DNA from: a virus
Strand: one strand, 5' to 3'
DNA: 64,000 nt
IMG/VR virus record: IMGVR_UViG_3300031251_000003
Location: 64,001 to 128,000 of that record
A model generated the notes under the pieces. It was not told the origin of the DNA, made no database searches, and worked only from the letters and a program-made list of their open reading frames with translations. Numbering within the stretch: the first letter of the stretch is position 1; every line of letters starts with the position of its first letter. Both the position numbers and the translations under genes were made by a program. This document shows, piece by piece, positions 49,357-56,835 of the stretch.

Positions 49357-49785
49357 ATGATTAATTCTAGAGTTTTAAATGAGAAAATAAAGGCCCAAAA
49401 GGAGATTACGAATCAACGATTCGCTGATTCAGAAAAAGCTGTTGCAGCAGCTTTAGCTGCTCAAGAAAAGGCAACAGCGGCAGCATTTGCGGCTGCAAAG
49501 GAAGCTGTCATCAAGGCAGAAATTTCCCAACAGCGTGTCAATGAAAGTCAGAATGAATTCCGTGGCCAGCTTAAAGATCAAAATGCCGCTACGGAACGTA
49601 ATATGATGCCTCGTGCTGAAACAGAGTTATTGGTTAGAGAAATTCGAAGTAGTATTCAGGATCTTCAGAAGAGCCGAGATACCATCACAGGCAAGTCAAT
49701 GGGGATAGCTAACTTGACTAGCTCTGTCTATGCGTTTATCTTTGCTATTGCAGCTATTGCAGCTATCGCAGGCCACTTTCTCTAA
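49357..49785 (+). CDS. coiled-coil protein with C-terminal TM anchor
   Basis: EKAVAAALAAQEKA..NEFRGQL. Confidence 0.75.
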   Translation: MINSRVLNEKIKAQKEITNQRFADSEKAVAAALAAQEKATAAAFAAAKEAVIKAEISQQRVNESQNEFRGQLKDQNAATERNMMPRAETELLVREIRSSIQDLQKSRDTITGKSMGIANLTSSVYAFIFAIAAIAAIAGHFL

Positions 49786-49804
49786 TATGCTATAATGTGA
49801 TCCC

Positions 49805-49957
49805 ATGAGGATCATTGGTGAACATTTCACTAGGCAGGGTAAGCCTAAGGTTACTTATGCGACCTTCCAGGGCGCTCAGAAGAAAGCACTGAAGCTTCAT
49901 ATGCGGGCTTATCAGTGTGGGTTTTGTGGCAAGTATTATCTAACGCATAAAGTTTAG
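49805..49957 (+). CDS. small basic Zn-ribbon protein
   Basis: RAYQCGFCGKYYLTH. Confidence 0.6.
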   Translation: MRIIGEHFTRQGKPKVTYATFQGAQKKALKLHMRAYQCGFCGKYYLTHKV

Positions 49958-50039
49958 GAAGATATCCGAACGGTTAGGAAGCGCCCTCGAAAAGCGCCGG
50001 TGTTCATAGCACTTGGGAGTTCGAATCTCCTGTCTTCCG
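49957..50039 (+). tRNA. tRNA-Ser(CGA)
   Basis: Cloverleaf with variable arm. Confidence 0.8.
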
Positions 50040-50255
50040 CTTATCGATAATCCGGGGATAGACCTAGGATTGTGACTGGATTAGGATCGCAACCTGATTA
50101 CGGCAATCTCATGATGGTCAGCTAGGGCCAGCACCTAGAATCGATTTCTAAAAGAACGACTCACGAAAGACTAGTGTAGGAAGGTAAGGGACGCAGGGTT
50201 GGGATGACGATCTCGACGCGCCTATTTCTGTATCTTTCGTGGGAAGGTTTAACAC

Positions 50256-50327
50256 ACGCCTTAGCCAATGGATAGGCAGATCGGCTCCAACCCGATCCAA
50301 AGGTGGGTTCGATTCCTACAAGGCGTG
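50256..50327 (+). tRNA. tRNA-Trp(CCA)
   Basis: ATCGG-CTCCAAC-CCGAT. Confidence 0.82.
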
Positions 50328-50349
50328 CTCAGTCTTATAAGGAGGATGT

Positions 50350-50682
50350 ATGCGAGTTCTATTACTGGTCTTGGTATTCTTGGTAATGGCAACGTCCGCG
50401 TTAGCATCTCCACCCCGCCCTGCGAGGGCTTTCGATACCTTATGGTGTTGGCAATTGAAAGTTCAGTACACGCTCAAGCTGGGATGGCAAGCTAAGCATT
50501 GGAAATGCAACCTAGGTAGTTGGGATCCGTATGCTAAAGAATGGACATATCGGGTCTGGGTTGATGAAGTAAAAGGTAGTCGTGTTTATCATGACTATGT
50601 GATCCTCTTTACAGACTTTGCTACTAAGAATTGGACACGAGTTCCCCATGGATATCCTGAAACAGGTGGTCTAAAGGGTTAA
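50350..50682 (+). CDS. secreted hypothetical protein
   Basis: RBS AAGGAGG; signal peptide ending ALA. Confidence 0.7.
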   Translation: MRVLLLVLVFLVMATSALASPPRPARAFDTLWCWQLKVQYTLKLGWQAKHWKCNLGSWDPYAKEWTYRVWVDEVKGSRVYHDYVILFTDFATKNWTRVPHGYPETGGLKG

Positions 50683-51022
50683 AGTGTGTACATCTCTTTC
50701 ACTGGATTCCAATGGTGTTCATGATTACAGTGACTGTGGAGCGAGAGCTTAGCACCAAGCGCACTCCTATTACTTGCACGGTTGGCTGATCGGTGTAAGC
50801 GCCACTCTTATAAGGTGGTTTAAGCTAGGTTCGACTGATATCCTGAAACAGGTGGTCTAAAGGGTTAAAGTGTGTACATCTCTTTCACTGGATTCCAATG
50901 GTGTTCATGATTACAGTGACTGTGGAGCGAGAGCTTAGCACCAAGCGCACTCCTATTACTTGCACGGTTGGCTGATCGGTGTAAGCGCCACTCTTATAAG
51001 GTGGTTTAAGCTAGGTTCGACT
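50651..51022 (+). repeat. perfect 186-bp tandem duplication
   Basis: 50651-50836 = 50837-51022; first copy holds a truncated tRNA-Ile. Confidence 0.92.
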
Positions 51023-51035
51023 CCTAGACCGTGTA
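50962..51035 (+). tRNA. tRNA-Ile(UAU)
   Basis: CCACT-CTTATAA-GGTGG. Confidence 0.85.
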
Positions 51036-51054
51036 CTTGTGCTATAATGTAGTC

Positions 51055-51549
51055 GTGAACGAAGAACGACAACAAGCTTGGAACCATTACTTCCAGACCG
51101 GCGATAGAGAACCAATCATCAAAGCCTACTGGAAGTCGATCAGTTACATTGCTCATGCTCGTTATCCGGCCTACGAAGAAGATATGTTCCAGGTCGGGCT
51201 AATGGGTTTGCTCAAGGCTATCAGTCGTATCGATGTCAATCGAGTCAAGTCTATTGATGCTTGGGTATGGTTGAATGTTCGTGGAGAAATGTTTAACGTA
51301 AAGCTTGCTAAGCCAACTCTTCCGATTGTTATCGAGTCAGAGAGGTTTGCTATCGAGGAAGACAAAGATCCAAAGATCTACATGCAACAGGCATTCGAGG
51401 TTCTAAACGAGCGCGATAGGTATATTCTTGATAGTATTTACTATAAGAATAAGACACGTCAGGCTCTAGGCAAGGAGTTGGGCATTACCGGCATGAGAGT
51501 CGGCCAACTAGAACAAAGAGCATTAAAGCAGTTGAGAGAAGTATTGTAA
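51055..51549 (+). CDS. sigma70-family RNA polymerase sigma factor
   Basis: EDMFQVGLMGLLKAI (region 2); LGKELGITGMRVGQLEQRALKQLR (region 4). Confidence 0.88.
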   Translation: MNEERQQAWNHYFQTGDREPIIKAYWKSISYIAHARYPAYEEDMFQVGLMGLLKAISRIDVNRVKSIDAWVWLNVRGEMFNVKLAKPTLPIVIESERFAIEEDKDPKIYMQQAFEVLNERDRYILDSIYYKNKTRQALGKELGITGMRVGQLEQRALKQLREVL

Positions 51550-51622
51550 GCACAGGTACTCAAGCGGTTAAGAGGCCACTCTGATAAGGTGGTATGCGAA
51601 AGTTCGAATCTTTCTCTGTGCA
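51550..51622 (+). tRNA. tRNA-Ile(GAU)
   Basis: Cloverleaf. Confidence 0.88.
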
Positions 51623-51697
51623 TAGGATCGGATTATTGATCCAAAGTAAGGCGACCAATATCGTGGCGCTAGCGAAAATCACAAAAACGACTTTACA

Positions 51698-51797
51698 GAT
51701 ATTTTCATTTGTAGGTTCGAATCCTACTCCCCGCTCTTCACGCGGGGATGGCGAAATTGGCAAACGCGCTGGGCGATCAGCCCGGTTGTGAAATATC
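51698..51797 (+). ncRNA. circularly permuted tRNA-like RNA (YrlA-like topology)
   Basis: Order T arm, loop-closed acceptor, D arm, hairpin; ends pair. Confidence 0.75.
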
Positions 51798-51875
51798 AAT
51801 CAAGCGAAAGTTGTGTTAGCTAGAATAAGGCGCGTGATGCTAGCCTTTTATTTAAGGTTATATGCCTCTTATAGT

Positions 51876-52020
51876 CTAGTGAGGATCAAAGAAACGTCTC
51901 ATGGTATGGGCTTCCAAACCTATACTACGTGTAGCTCAAATGGGAGAGCCGCCGCCTGAAAAGCGGTGGGTTGGGGGTTCGAGTCCCTCCACGAAAGTAG
52001 CGAAAGCTTTGGGAGTTAGT
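51876..52020 (+). ncRNA. orphan RNA motif copy 4 containing a tRNA-Phe(GAA)-like domain
   Basis: TCAAA-GAAACGTCT...[tRNA-like 51925-52000]AGCGAAAGC-TTTGG. Confidence 0.65.
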
Positions 52021-52051
52021 CGAGTGAAAAGTGGTTAATTAGCCTTATTCC

Positions 52052-52374
52052 GGGAGCGTCCCGGTTTCGATGTGGAATTACGGTTCTGACTTCAATCCGT
52101 GGAAACATGATGGCCACGTAAAAAACATGTAACGTACTAAATGCAAACGCTAATATGAGCGTCCCGGACTTCATCCCTGATTGGGTAATGGATGAGTCCT
52201 TAGTTGCTGCTTAACTAGGAAACCTAATAAGCAGAGACTCTCAGGAAAGACTGAGTGGCGGAGGGGCGACTGCCCTCCATGCTTGACAAGTACGACCGTG
52301 ATGGGTATAATCTATGATTGTAAGCGTTAGTTCAACGATTACCGCAGACGCGAGTTCGACTCTCGCCGCTTCCA
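52052..52374 (+). ncRNA. ssrA: tmRNA
   Basis: G3:U acceptor, CGGTTTCGA, T arm; tag ANANMSVPDFIPDWVMDESLVAA at 52143-52214. Confidence 0.92.
52283..52311 (+). promoter_or_regulatory. consensus promoter inside tmRNA
   Basis: TTGACA-17-TATAAT. Confidence 0.65.
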
Positions 52375-52409
52375 TATGTACTATATTTCACTCCCTCCAA
52401 AGGAAGTTA

Positions 52410-52604
52410 ATGCACGATAGATCAGACTACCATATCCACAAGGATGAGCAAGGGAAACTACACAGGTGTTACCACAACTGCCGAAATATCTTACCCAACT
52501 GGCAGTTCTGGGTTGGTATGACGATGGGATTCCCTCTCGAACATCTGATTTGGCAACATCTTTGGCCCTTCTATTTAGTTAGTAATCTTTTGGGCCTTTC
52601 GTGA
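52410..52604 (+). CDS. hypothetical protein
   Basis: MHDRSDYHIH..; RBS AAGGA. Confidence 0.6.
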   Translation: MHDRSDYHIHKDEQGKLHRCYHNCRNILPNWQFWVGMTMGFPLEHLIWQHLWPFYLVSNLLGLS

Positions 52605-52672
52605 CCTTGGCCGAGTGGTTTAGGTATGGCTCTGCAAAAGCTATTACATCAGTTCGAATCTGATAGGTCACT
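52601..52672 (+). tRNA. tRNA-Cys(GCA)
   Basis: Cloverleaf, U73. Confidence 0.9.
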
Positions 52673-52784
52673 TGAAGTACAATGTTTCATACAGGATCTA
52701 CCTCTGGCTCATAGCTAGGCGGTTTAGATTTGAATGGTTGGAAAGGCTGGTTCGTAAACCTATAAACCAGAGATGGAGAAGGTA

Positions 52785-52985
52785 ATGGCACAGTTGCAGA
52801 AGACATTCATTGCACGATTCTACGATAGCTCACGACATCAATTTGCTACCAACAAGGTAGTCGCGGCAAACTTCGTGATGGCAGGAGAAGTTGCCCATGA
52901 GTGGGCAGAAGATCACTACCATGGACGTGCAACGAAGATCAAACTAGAATCCTCCAAAGGTGGAGAAGTTGTGTGTTCCGACTAA
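52785..52985 (+). CDS. hypothetical protein upstream of rpsL
   Basis: RBS GGAGAAGG. Confidence 0.6.
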   Translation: MAQLQKTFIARFYDSSRHQFATNKVVAANFVMAGEVAHEWAEDHYHGRATKIKLESSKGGEVVCSD

Positions 52986-52997
52986 AAGGAAGGGTGT

Positions 52998-53399
52998 ATG
53001 GCGACAATTAATCAGCTTGTAAGAAAGGGCCGAACGGCCAAGAGGAAGAAGGATAAGTCCCGTCATTTAAAGGGTAACCCTCAGGTTGCCGGTACTGTCT
53101 TGCGCGTCATGGTTCTCAACCCTTGTAAGCCGAATTCTGCCGAACGTCATTCGTGCAGGGTTAGACTCTCCAATGGCGGTGAGGTAACCTGTTACGTCCC
53201 TGGTCGTGGTATGAATATCCAGGAGCACAGCAGAGTCCTTGTTCGCGGCGGAATTGCTCCTGATCTCCGTGGAGTCAAGTACAAGGTTGTCCGTGGTAAT
53301 CGTGACTGTGCCGGGGTCAGTGATGAGATGGGTGGAAAGAAGAATTCCACACCAGTTCCTCGTAAGAATTCTCGTTCACTCTACGGAGTGAAGAAGTAG
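52998..53399 (+). CDS. rpsL: ribosomal protein uS12, divergent, phage-encoded
   Basis: [29 protein letters not shown]...DL.GV, RSLYGVK. Confidence 0.95.
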   Translation: MATINQLVRKGRTAKRKKDKSRHLKGNPQVAGTVLRVMVLNPCKPNSAERHSCRVRLSNGGEVTCYVPGRGMNIQEHSRVLVRGGIAPDLRGVKYKVVRGNRDCAGVSDEMGGKKNSTPVPRKNSRSLYGVKK

Positions 53400-53511
53400 T
53401 GTTACATCACCTTATCGCTCGTTCCGATGCCTGTTGACGCAGGCTTAGGGAGCAAAACTGAAGCGTCAACTTCGTCTCAATATCGGCACAAGCCGAAGCG
53501 ATAAGGATCTT

Positions 53512-53595
53512 GCCCGCCTGGTGGAATGGTATACACGGTTGGCTTAAACCCAACTGCCTATAACGGGCTTGCGAGTTCGAATCTCGCGGTGGGTA
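53512..53595 (+). tRNA. tRNA-Leu(UAA)
   Basis: Cloverleaf with variable arm. Confidence 0.9.
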
Positions 53596-53617
53596 CTTGG
53601 TAAGGATGGTAGTTCAT

Positions 53618-53701
53618 ACCGGTGTGCTGGAATTAGGTATACAGGGGCGTCTCAAAAACGTCTGCTCAAAAGGCATGAGAGTTCGATTCTCTCCATCGGT
53701 A
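53618..53701 (+). tRNA. tRNA-Leu(CAA)
   Basis: Cloverleaf with variable arm. Confidence 0.88.
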
Positions 53702-54000
53702 CTGTCGGTATCACGCTGGCGCTCTAAGGAGTCGAGGCCGAATATCGGGATGCATCTCGTGAGAGAAGGGGATCTTGACGCCCGGAGTTTTGTCTTTATG
53801 TCTGAAACTCCTTTATGTTCAATAAACTAACTCATAACGGTACAGCACCTGAGTCAGTGGATGGAGTCGTCTAGTTCTCTAACAGTCAAATTGGCGTCCT
53901 TTCTAGATAAGGTAATCCTCTAAGATTGAGATTGACTAGCGGCGAACTTGAGGTACGGAAGTACCTTAGCCGACGACATTTATGATAAACTGTAGTATTA

Positions 54001-54073
54001 CCCTCCATAGCTTCAACGGTAAAGCACGGGCCTTTTAAGCCATGAGTTCTGGGTTCGAATCCTAGTGGGGGGA
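54001..54073 (+). tRNA. tRNA-Lys(UUU)
   Basis: Cloverleaf; imperfect anticodon stem. Confidence 0.78.
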
Positions 54074-54150
54074 CTTGAGATCTAGGGTGTGGGTTATACG
54101 TCCACGTTTCCTTATAGGCGATGCGCTCGGTAGTGTCGTGATCTCTATTA

Positions 54151-54223
54151 GCCCTCTTAATTCAGTGGACAGAATGTTAGCCTTCGAAGCTAAACGTCGG
54201 GAGTTCGAATCTCTCAGAGGGTA
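54151..54223 (+). tRNA. tRNA-Arg(UCG)
   Basis: TTAGC-CTTCGAA-GCTAA. Confidence 0.88.
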
Positions 54224-54237
54224 TCTAGAAAGAAGAC

Positions 54238-54266
54238 TTGACAACCAGACAACAATGAGGTATACT
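54238..54266 (+). promoter_or_regulatory. sigma70-type promoter
   Basis: TTGACA-17-TATACT. Confidence 0.8.
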
Positions 54267-54272
54267 TAAGCC

Positions 54273-54491
54273 GTGGCTAAGAAACACAAGCCGAAGGAAA
54301 AGACTGAAACGAAGTTTTCGAAGTATCTTCCCGGCGAGAGTACATGGACGGGACGACGCAATAAGACGAGGCAGGATCTAATCCCAATGGGTCAACGTGA
54401 TCGCGTTGAAACAGCACAGAAGATCAGATCCTTCTCGATGCAGCATAAGCCATCTTGCACTAAAGATTGGCTGAAGTTGCGAGTACATTGA
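54273..54491 (+). CDS. small basic protein (leaderless)
   Basis: GTG 6 nt after -10. Confidence 0.55.
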   Translation: MAKKHKPKEKTETKFSKYLPGESTWTGRRNKTRQDLIPMGQRDRVETAQKIRSFSMQHKPSCTKDWLKLRVH

Positions 54492-54653
54492 TAACTTAGG
54501 TGGTGGTACCGGGAACCCCGATCCGGTGACGCGGAAGCGTATGGTGTAAGGGTTATGCACGCCACATGTACTAAGCCTTGGGATGCGATTCTCAAGGTAC
54601 CCTTTCTAGCAGGGGATGTGCCTGGGCACCGCTCCAGAGCCAGCTAGATGTAA

Positions 54654-54727
54654 CTGGATGTAGGAAAGCTTGGTAATCCGTCTGCTTTGGGAGCAGAAGA
54701 GCGTGAGTTCGAATCTCACCGTCCAGA
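54654..54727 (+). tRNA. tRNA-Pro(UGG)
   Basis: Cloverleaf. Confidence 0.9.
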
Positions 54728-54730
54728 CTG

Positions 54731-54939
54731 AAGAGTTAGGAGGTTGGCCTAAAGGCAGCCACCCTTTAAAGAGTAGACTTACGTGAGCCGACCACGCTGA
54801 GCGAAAGCCTATTTGAGAGTCATGATCGCGCAAAGGTGACAATGATCCCGCGCCCGGAATGGCAACATGACGAAGACCAAGGAAACGACTTGGAAGAATA
54901 AACGGGTTAGTCTTTTGGCGTAACAGCACACTATCTCTT
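54731..54939 (+). ncRNA. 23S rRNA GTPase-associated-centre (H43-H44) mimic with 143-nt insert
   Basis: TAGGAGGTTGGCCTAAAGGCAGCCACCCTTTAAAGAGT...GCGTAACAGCACACTA closed by AAGAG/CTCTT. Confidence 0.85.
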
Positions 54940-54949
54940 TTAGAATTGA

Positions 54950-55024
54950 CTGGATATAGCTCAGCCTGGTTAGAGTACGCCCTTGGGGAGGGTGAGGCCG
55001 CAAGTTCGAATCTTGCTATCCAGA
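54950..55024 (+). tRNA. tRNA-Pro(GGG)
   Basis: Cloverleaf. Confidence 0.88.
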
Positions 55025-55027
55025 TAA

Positions 55028-55098
55028 CAGGATGTTGTATAGTGGTAATATACTTGCTTCGGGAGCATGAGTCAGAGGTTCGAGTCCTCTCATCCTGA
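55028..55098 (+). tRNA. tRNA-Pro(CGG)
   Basis: Cloverleaf. Confidence 0.85.
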
Positions 55099-55154
55099 TA
55101 TGTACTAGCTTTCTTATGGTGATCTCGCCCTACTAATGGGTAGGTGATAAATAA

Positions 55155-55322
55155 ATGAGACAACATATAGAAGGTGGATTACTTTCATTCTTAGGATTAT
55201 GTGCTGCTGCTCTCTTCTTTGGTCTTCTCGTATTTGGAGGATCCATTAGCGATTGGCCATTAGAGGTAGCAGGCTTCTTTGCTCTAGCTATTGCGTTCGT
55301 TCTGGAACGCTTAGGGTTGTAA
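55155..55322 (+). CDS. 55-aa membrane peptide
   Basis: MRQHIEGGLLSFLGLCAAALFF... Confidence 0.6.
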   Translation: MRQHIEGGLLSFLGLCAAALFFGLLVFGGSISDWPLEVAGFFALAIAFVLERLGL

Positions 55323-55557
55323 GACTCCGCTGGAATGCGGCGCATAGGGAGGTTCTTCGAGCCGTTGATCTATGTGATGGTGGAAACCGTGCCCGTTGAG
55401 CCGGGTAAAGGTACGACTAGCCATCGTATCGAAAGCGTAGGGCAGCGCGGTTGTAGCTGGTGGTGAGGGCGCAGCTATGGTATGGCTAAACGCCGAATCG
55501 TTCGAAGCGACAAGGCTTACGGGGTTGGTAATTCTCACGACTTGCCGATCCCGCCAA

Positions 55558-55629
55558 TGCGGTGTAGTCTAATGGTAGTGACTTCCGGCTCTGAACCGGA
55601 CAGTGTTGGTTCGAATCCAGCCTCCGCAG
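55558..55629 (+). tRNA. tRNA-Gln(CUG)
   Basis: Cloverleaf. Confidence 0.88.
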
Positions 55630-55919
55630 CTAACTCTAACGAGTAACAAGTGATTACAGCCGCTGATTGCCACGAGCGGTAAAGGATGGTCTTTTATGCC
55701 GGACGCTAGAATATGGCAGGTATAAAACTAAGTGTGTGGGTACCCGTAGCAATCACAGCCGCCGTTTTGTAATCCAGGATGTGGATTGTCGAGGTATGGT
55801 ATAGACACCACTTCTAGAAATCCACCATACATGCGCTACCTTGGAAAGGTGTAACGGTTCATAACCTGCCTTTCCTCCAATCCCCACTTAGGCTGAAATA
55901 TACCTAGGTGGGGAACCAA

Positions 55920-56000
55920 GCATATGTTGAGCAAAGGCTAGCTCCGCTGTCTGTAAAACAGCCGTCTCCGACTATGTAGGTTCGAATCCTACCATATGCA
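55920..56000 (+). tRNA. tRNA-Tyr(GUA)
   Basis: Cloverleaf with variable arm. Confidence 0.85.
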
Positions 56001-56004
56001 CTGA

Positions 56005-56076
56005 TGGGAAATCGGTTAATGGTTAAACCAAGAGCCTTTGAAGCTCTGACTTTGGGTTCGAGTCCCAATTTCCCTA
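56005..56076 (+). tRNA. tRNA-Gln(UUG)
   Basis: Cloverleaf. Confidence 0.85.
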
Positions 56077-56113
56077 TAGGTCAAGCTGGTGGGCCTGAAG
56101 CACTAGCATTTAC

Positions 56114-56187
56114 GGAAGCGTAGCTCAGTTGGTTAGAGCACCGGCCTGTCACGTCGGTAGTCGCGGGTTCGAGTCCCGTCGTTTCCG
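56114..56187 (+). tRNA. tRNA-Asp(GUC)
   Basis: Cloverleaf. Confidence 0.93.
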
Positions 56188-56418
56188 CTCTTTGGACGAT
56201 GACCTGTGGAAGGATTTATGCCAAACTTCCTAAAGGGTAAAAAGCTAGCGAGTAAGGCGAAGCTGGGGCACCACAAAATGCGTCAGTGGATGAAAGCTAG
56301 CGAATCAAGCTGCTGTAGGCATAACGGTAGTGTAATGAGCGAGTCTAACTCAAGTATTTTCGCTCCACCGTCCAAGGTTTTAAGTTGACCAATCATAATT
56401 TGTATGATATACTAAGTC

Positions 56419-56592
56419 ATGGTTACTAAAACGGACATAAAAACTCTTGAATTCGATGTAGATGGGAAGACAATCGAGCTTCAAGTTAAATGTGAGTTGG
56501 TTAGTAAAACTTGGAAACTTACGATTAATTGTAAGGATCCCGGTCGTGTTGAGTTTGAAACCATCATGAGTAAGATGGGTGTTATAAGATAA
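56419..56592 (+). CDS. hypothetical protein (leaderless)
   Basis: TTGACC-17-TATACT then ATG 5 nt later. Confidence 0.6.
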   Translation: MVTKTDIKTLEFDVDGKTIELQVKCELVSKTWKLTINCKDPGRVEFETIMSKMGVIR

Positions 56593-56596
56593 ATAA

Positions 56597-56672
56597 CGGG
56601 GTGTGGTGTAGTCCGGTCTAACACGCTTGCCTGTCACGCAAGAGAACGAGGGTTCAAATCCCTTCATCCTGA
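56597..56672 (+). tRNA. tRNA-Asp(GUC)
   Basis: Cloverleaf. Confidence 0.85.
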
Positions 56673-56742
56673 TTGAAGATCGTCTAAAGTAGGACGCCTG
56701 GTTTAACGGGAGATTCTAGAGGTTAACGTCTCTGGCTTCAAA
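56673..56742 (+). pseudogene. degenerate tRNA-like element
   Basis: Acceptor and D arm; non-consensus T loop. Confidence 0.4.
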
Positions 56743-56748
56743 ATACTT

Positions 56749-56823
56749 GCCTCGTTGGTCTAGCGGTCTAGGATACCGGGTTTTCACCCCGCGTGAACAA
56801 GGGTTCGAATCCCTTACGAGGTA
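56749..56823 (+). tRNA. tRNA-Glu(UUC)
   Basis: Cloverleaf. Confidence 0.85.
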
Positions 56824-56835
56824 CCTTAATAAAAA

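Noticed and set aside
54775-54917. Insert in the rRNA mimic as a group I intron (follows U, ends in G, has GACT/TAGTC)
   Set aside because: Only 143 nt, with no room for P3/P8/P9, and its ends pair with each other. Splicing remains testable by RT-PCR.
52998-54939. Host chromosomal contamination (rpsL plus rRNA)
   Set aside because: No rpsG/fusA and no flanking rRNA; both sit between CCA-less phage-type tRNAs.
56673-56742. Suppressor tRNA or stop-codon reassignment
   Set aside because: The element is degenerate, and genes translate cleanly with the standard code.
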